Assembly: GCA_051313645.2 (NCBI GenBank)
Contig: JBNRSN020000006.1
Coordinates: forward strand, 78,058,001-78,122,000
Length of the DNA stretch: 64,000 bases
DNA from: Centroscyllium fabricii
Taxonomy: Eukaryota
Reading direction: 5' to 3'
In this document: piece by piece, positions 59,586-64,000 of the stretch
Position numbering within the stretch: the stretch's first letter is position 1
How the letters are laid out: each line of letters begins with the position of its first letter
Notes under the pieces: model-generated
Told to the model about the DNA's origin: nothing
What the model saw: only the letters and a program-made list of their open reading frames with translations
Database searches by the model: none
Program-made: the position numbers and the translations under genes

Positions 59586-60784
59586 ACACAATACTCAAGG
59601 TGTGGTCTCACCAAGGCCCTGTACAACTGCAGCAAGACATCCTTGCTCCTGTACTTGAATCCTCTCGCTATGAAAGCCAACCTACCACTTGCCTTCTTAA
59701 CCGCCTGCTGCACCTGCATGCTTACCTTCAGAGACTGGTGCACAAGGACGCCCAGATCTCATTGCACTTTCTCTCAATCTGTTGCCATTCAGATAATAAT
59801 CTGTCTTCGGTGTGGATAACCTCGCATTTATCCACATTGTACTGCATCTGCCAACCTGTCCAAATCATACTGGAGTTTCTCGGCATCCCCCCTCACAGCA
59901 CACTCACCCACCCAGCTTTGTGTCATCTGCAAACTTGGAGATAGTACATCTAGTTCCATCGTCTAGATCATTAATATATATTGTGACTAGCTGGGGTCCT
60001 CGCCACCGATCCTTGCAGTACCCCGCTAGTCACTGCCTGCCACTCGGAAAAAGACCCGTTTATTCCAACTCTTTGCTTCCTGTCTGCCAGCCAGTTCTCT
60101 ATCCAAGTCAGTACCTTACCCCCAATCCCAAGTGCTTTAACTTTGCATGCTAATCTCTGATATGGGACCTTATCGAAAGCTTTCTGAAAGTCCAAATACA
60201 CCACTTCCACTGGTTCTCCCTTATCTACTCTACCAGTTACATCCTCTCAAAATTACAGTAGATTAGTCAAGCATGATTTACCTTTTGTAAATTCATGTTG
60301 ACTTTGTCCGATCCTGTCACTGTTTTCCAAGTGCTCTGCTATTACATCTTTTATAATGGACTCTAGCATTTTCCCCACTACAGATGTCAGGCTTAACGGT
60401 CTATAATTCCCCATTTTCTCTCTACCACCTTCTTTAAATAGTGGGGTTACATTAGCTATCCACCAATCTATGAGAACTGTTCCAGAGTCTATAGAATTTT
60501 GGAAGATGACCAGCAATGCATCTACTATTTCTAGGGCCAGTTCCTTAAGTACCCTAGATGTAGATTATCAGGCCCTGGGGATTTATCGGCCTTAAATTCC
60601 ATCAATTTCCCCAAAACCTCCACATCATGACCATTTCCCTACAAATACTGATTCCATTCAATTCCTCCCTCTCGTTAGACCCTGTGTTCCTCGACATCTC
60701 TGGGAGGTTATTTGTGTCTTCCTTTTGTGAAGACAGAACCAAAGTATGAATTTGATTGATTTGCCATTTCTTTGTTCCCCATTA

Positions 60785-61246
60785 CAGTGGGTGGTTCATT
60801 CATTAAAATAAAATGTGTGGGGAAATGCCACAGAGGGAGTGAGAGACAGAAAGTCGTTCTGATGAGCAGGTAGTAAAAAAAATTTAAAAACTGGAAATGT
60901 AACAGAATTATCCACAGAGGAAACCCGGTTATTAAAAAGGGCGGCACGGTGGCATAGTGGTTAACACTGTTGCCTTACAGCACTAGAGACCCGGGTTCAA
61001 ATCCAGCCTCGGGTACTATCTGTGTGGAGTTTGCACATTCTCCCCGTGTCTGCGTGGGTTTCCTCCGGGTGCTCCGGTTTCCTCCCACAGTCCAAAGATG
61101 TGCGGGTTAGGTTGATTGGCCAGGATAAATTGACCCTTAGTGTTAGGGGGATTAAATATGTGGGGTTACGGTGATAGGGTGGGATATGTGTCGGTGCAGG
61201 CTCGATGGGCCGAAATGGCCTCTATCTGCAATGTAGGGATTCTATG
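60785..61246 (+). mobile_element. HE1-like SINE A (60939-61246) with a different short tail and about 154 bp of extra 5' sequence
   Basis: ATTA duplicated at 60781-60784 and 61247-61250; CR1 rejoins as gttccccattataaatt. Confidence 0.82.
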
Positions 61247-64000
61247 ATTATAAATTCCCCTGATTCTGACTGCAAGGGACCTACAATTGACTTCACCAAT
61301 CGTTTTCCCTTCACATATCTATAGAAGCTTTTACAGTCAATTTTTATGTTCCTTGCATGCTTGCTCTCATAATCTATTTCCCCCCCTCTTAATTAATCCC
61401 TTTGTCCACCTTTGCTGAATCCTAAACTGCTCCCAATCCTCAGGTTTGCTGCTTTTTCTAGCCAAATTATATGTCCTCTCCTTGGATCTTATGCTATCCC
61501 TAATTTCCCTTGTTAGCCACGGTTGAGTCACCTTTTTTGATTTATTTTCATGCCAAACTGGGATGAACAAATTCTGTAGTTCATCCATGCGATCTTTAAA
61601 TGTTTCCCATTGCCTATCCACTGTCAACCCTTTAAGTAATGTTCCCCAATCCATTCCATCAACTCGCGCCTCATATCATCGTAGTTTCATTTATTTAAAT
61701 TCAGGACCCTAGTCTCTGTCAACTTCTTGACTCTCCATCTTAATGAAGAATTCGATCATATTATGATCGCTCCTCCCCAAGGGGCCTCGCACTACAAAAT
61801 TGCTAATTAATCCTTTCTCATTACATAATACCTAGTCTAAGATGGCCTGATCTCTAGTTGGTTCCTCAACATGTTGGTCCAGGAAACCATCCCGTATACA
61901 CTCTAGGAATTCCTCCTCCACAGTATTGTTACTAATTTGGTTAGCCCAATCTATATGTAGATTAAAGTCACCCATGATAACTGCTGTGCCCTTATTGCAC
62001 GATTCTCTAATTTCCCGTTTAATGCCATCCCCAACTTCTACATTACTGTTTGGGGATCTGTATACAACTCCCACTAACGTTTTCTGCCCCTTGGTATTTC
62101 TCAGCTCTGCCCATACAGATTCCACATCATCAGAGCTAATATCCTTCCTTACAATTATGTTAATCTCTTTAACCAGCAATGCTACCCCACCTCCTTTTCC
62201 TTTTTGCCTGTCCTTCCTGAATATTGAATACCCCTGGATGTTGAATTTCCAGCCTTGGTCACCCTGGAGCCATGTCTCCGTAATCCGAATTATATCATAT
62301 CCGTTTACATCTGTGCGCAGCTAATTCATCCACCTCCACCTTATTACGAATGCTCCTCGTATTAAGACACAAGGCCTTCAAGCTTGATTTTTTAACATTC
62401 TTATTCCTTTTAGAATTATTATTTACTGTGGCCATGTTTGATTTAAACCCTTGATTTCTCTGACTGCCACTTTTGCTTTTCTCCTTCCTATATCGTTGGT
62501 ACCTATATGCACCACGACAACTGGCTGTTCACCCTCTCCCTCCAGAATGCCCTGCAGCCACCCTGAGACATCCTTGACCCTTGCACCAGGGAGGCAACAT
62601 ACCATCCTGGAGTCAGTTTCCACATGTACACTGATGACACCCAGCTCTACCTCACTATCCCTTCTCCCGACCCCTCCACTCTCTGAATTGTCAGACTGCT
62701 TTTCTGACATCCAGTTCTGGATGAGCAGAAATTTTCTCCAATTAAATATTGGGAAGCCCGAAGCCATTGTTTTTGGTCCCTGCCACAAACTCCATTCCCT
62801 AGCTATTGACTCCATCCCTCTCCCTAACATCTGTCTGAGGCTGAACTACACTGTTCGCAACCTTGGTATCATATTTGACCCTGAATTGAGCTTCCGACCA
62901 CATATCCGCAATATAACTAAGACCACCTCCGTAACATCGCCCGTCTCCGCCCTTGCTTCAGCTCATCCCCTGCTGAAACCCTCATCCATACCTTTGTTAC
63001 CTCTAAACTTGACTATTCTAATGCACACCCGGCTGGCCTCCCACATTCTGCCCTACATAAACTTGAGGTGATCCAAAACTCTGCTGCCCGTATCCTAACT
63101 TGCACCAAGACCTGTTCACCCATCACCCCTGTGCTCGCTGGCCTACATTGGCTCCCGGTTAAGCAATGTCGCAATTTCAAAATTCTCGTCCTTGTTTTCA
63201 GATCCCTCCATGGCCTCGCTCCTCCCTATCTCTCTGATCTCCTTCAGCCCCACAACCCCCCTTCCCACCTCCTCCTCACGAGATATCTGCATTCCTCTAA
63301 TTCTGCCCTCTTGAGCATCCCTGATTATAATCGCTCAACCTTTGATGGCTGTGCCTTCTGTTGCTTAGGCCCTAAGCTCTGGAATTCTCTGCCTAAACCT
63401 CTCCACCTCTCTACCTCTCTTTCCTCCATTAAGACGCTCCTTAAAACCTACCTCTTTGACCAAGCTTTTGGTCACCTGCCCTAATTTCTCCTTATGTGGT
63501 TTGGTGTCAAATTTTTTGTCTTATAATACTCCTGTGAAGCACCGTGGGACGTTTTACTACATTAAAGACGCTATATAAATACAAGGTGTTTTTGTTGTTA
63601 CCATCAAGCCAGGGGACCAACCCCAGTTCAATGAGGAGTGCAGCAGACCATGCCAGGAGCAGCACCAGGTGTACCTAAAAATGAGATGCCAACCTGGGGA
63701 AGCTGCAACACAGGACTACATGCATGCTAAACAGCGGAAGCAGCATGCTATAGGCAGAGCTAAGCGATCCCACAATCAACGGCAGTCAAAGAACTGCATA
63801 CATTTTTAACATTAAAAAAGAGCTGATGGGGAAGGTCGAGCCTCTAACGTGGCCCTTGGCCATTGAGCAGCGTTCTGTATATGCATTTAAGAATGCATGT
63901 GTAGAGCTCTACTTTTCCCCATTTCTGAGAGTTGTCTGCTCATAGCATTCCACATTCTACCAGTATAGAATCACTAGATGTAGTGTAAGTGCGCCGTCTG

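Larger units (their letters stand above)
55069..62611 (-). mobile_element. Outer CR1 (55069-55611 and 59586-62611), ORF1 remnant through tail
   Basis: RMVCCLPGARVKDV..HIGTNDIG, APE motifs VYRSPNS/MGDFN, RT motifs and CR1 tail. Confidence 0.88.
54601..63600 (+). mobile_element. L2 LINE 3' half in two pieces (54601-55068 and 62612-63600) split by nested CR1s
   Basis: LDLSAAFDTVDH and GVPQGSILG on the left; LQLNIGKPE, LHWLPV, KLWNSLP and a ttg tail on the right. GTCA is duplicated at the junctions. Confidence 0.87.

Overview
This is eukaryotic DNA, not prokaryotic, and almost certainly from a cartilaginous fish: it carries HE1-type V-SINEs with CR1 tails, a Deu-domain SacSINE-like fragment and dense CR1/L2/RTE debris. 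Most of the window is nested transposable elements, and I could not recognise any host protein-coding exon. Main content: (1) a near-complete CsRn1-clade Ty3/Gypsy LTR retrotransposon (5851-10368, -) inside a Harbinger element inside a CR1; (2) a 5'-truncated CR1 LINE with an uninterrupted 952-aa APE+RT ORF2 (36776-39634); (3) many decayed CR1, L2, RTE and Penelope fragments; (4) eleven tRNA/V-domain SINE copies in two subfamilies with swapped tails; (5) Tigger-like MITEs rich in NRF1/YY1 motifs; (6) two solo LTRs; (7) a palindromic Penelope insertion with hammerhead ribozyme cores on both strands. The best candidate for an undescribed system is a pair of non-autonomous retroposons sharing one 5' motif and one Rex1/Babar-like 3' tail. 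One carries a hairpin plus a 5S-rRNA-derived head (11116-11408). The other carries an SVA-like G-rich VNTR (about 42590-43461). All family names come from recalled motifs, not database searches, and the boundaries of decayed fragments are approximate.
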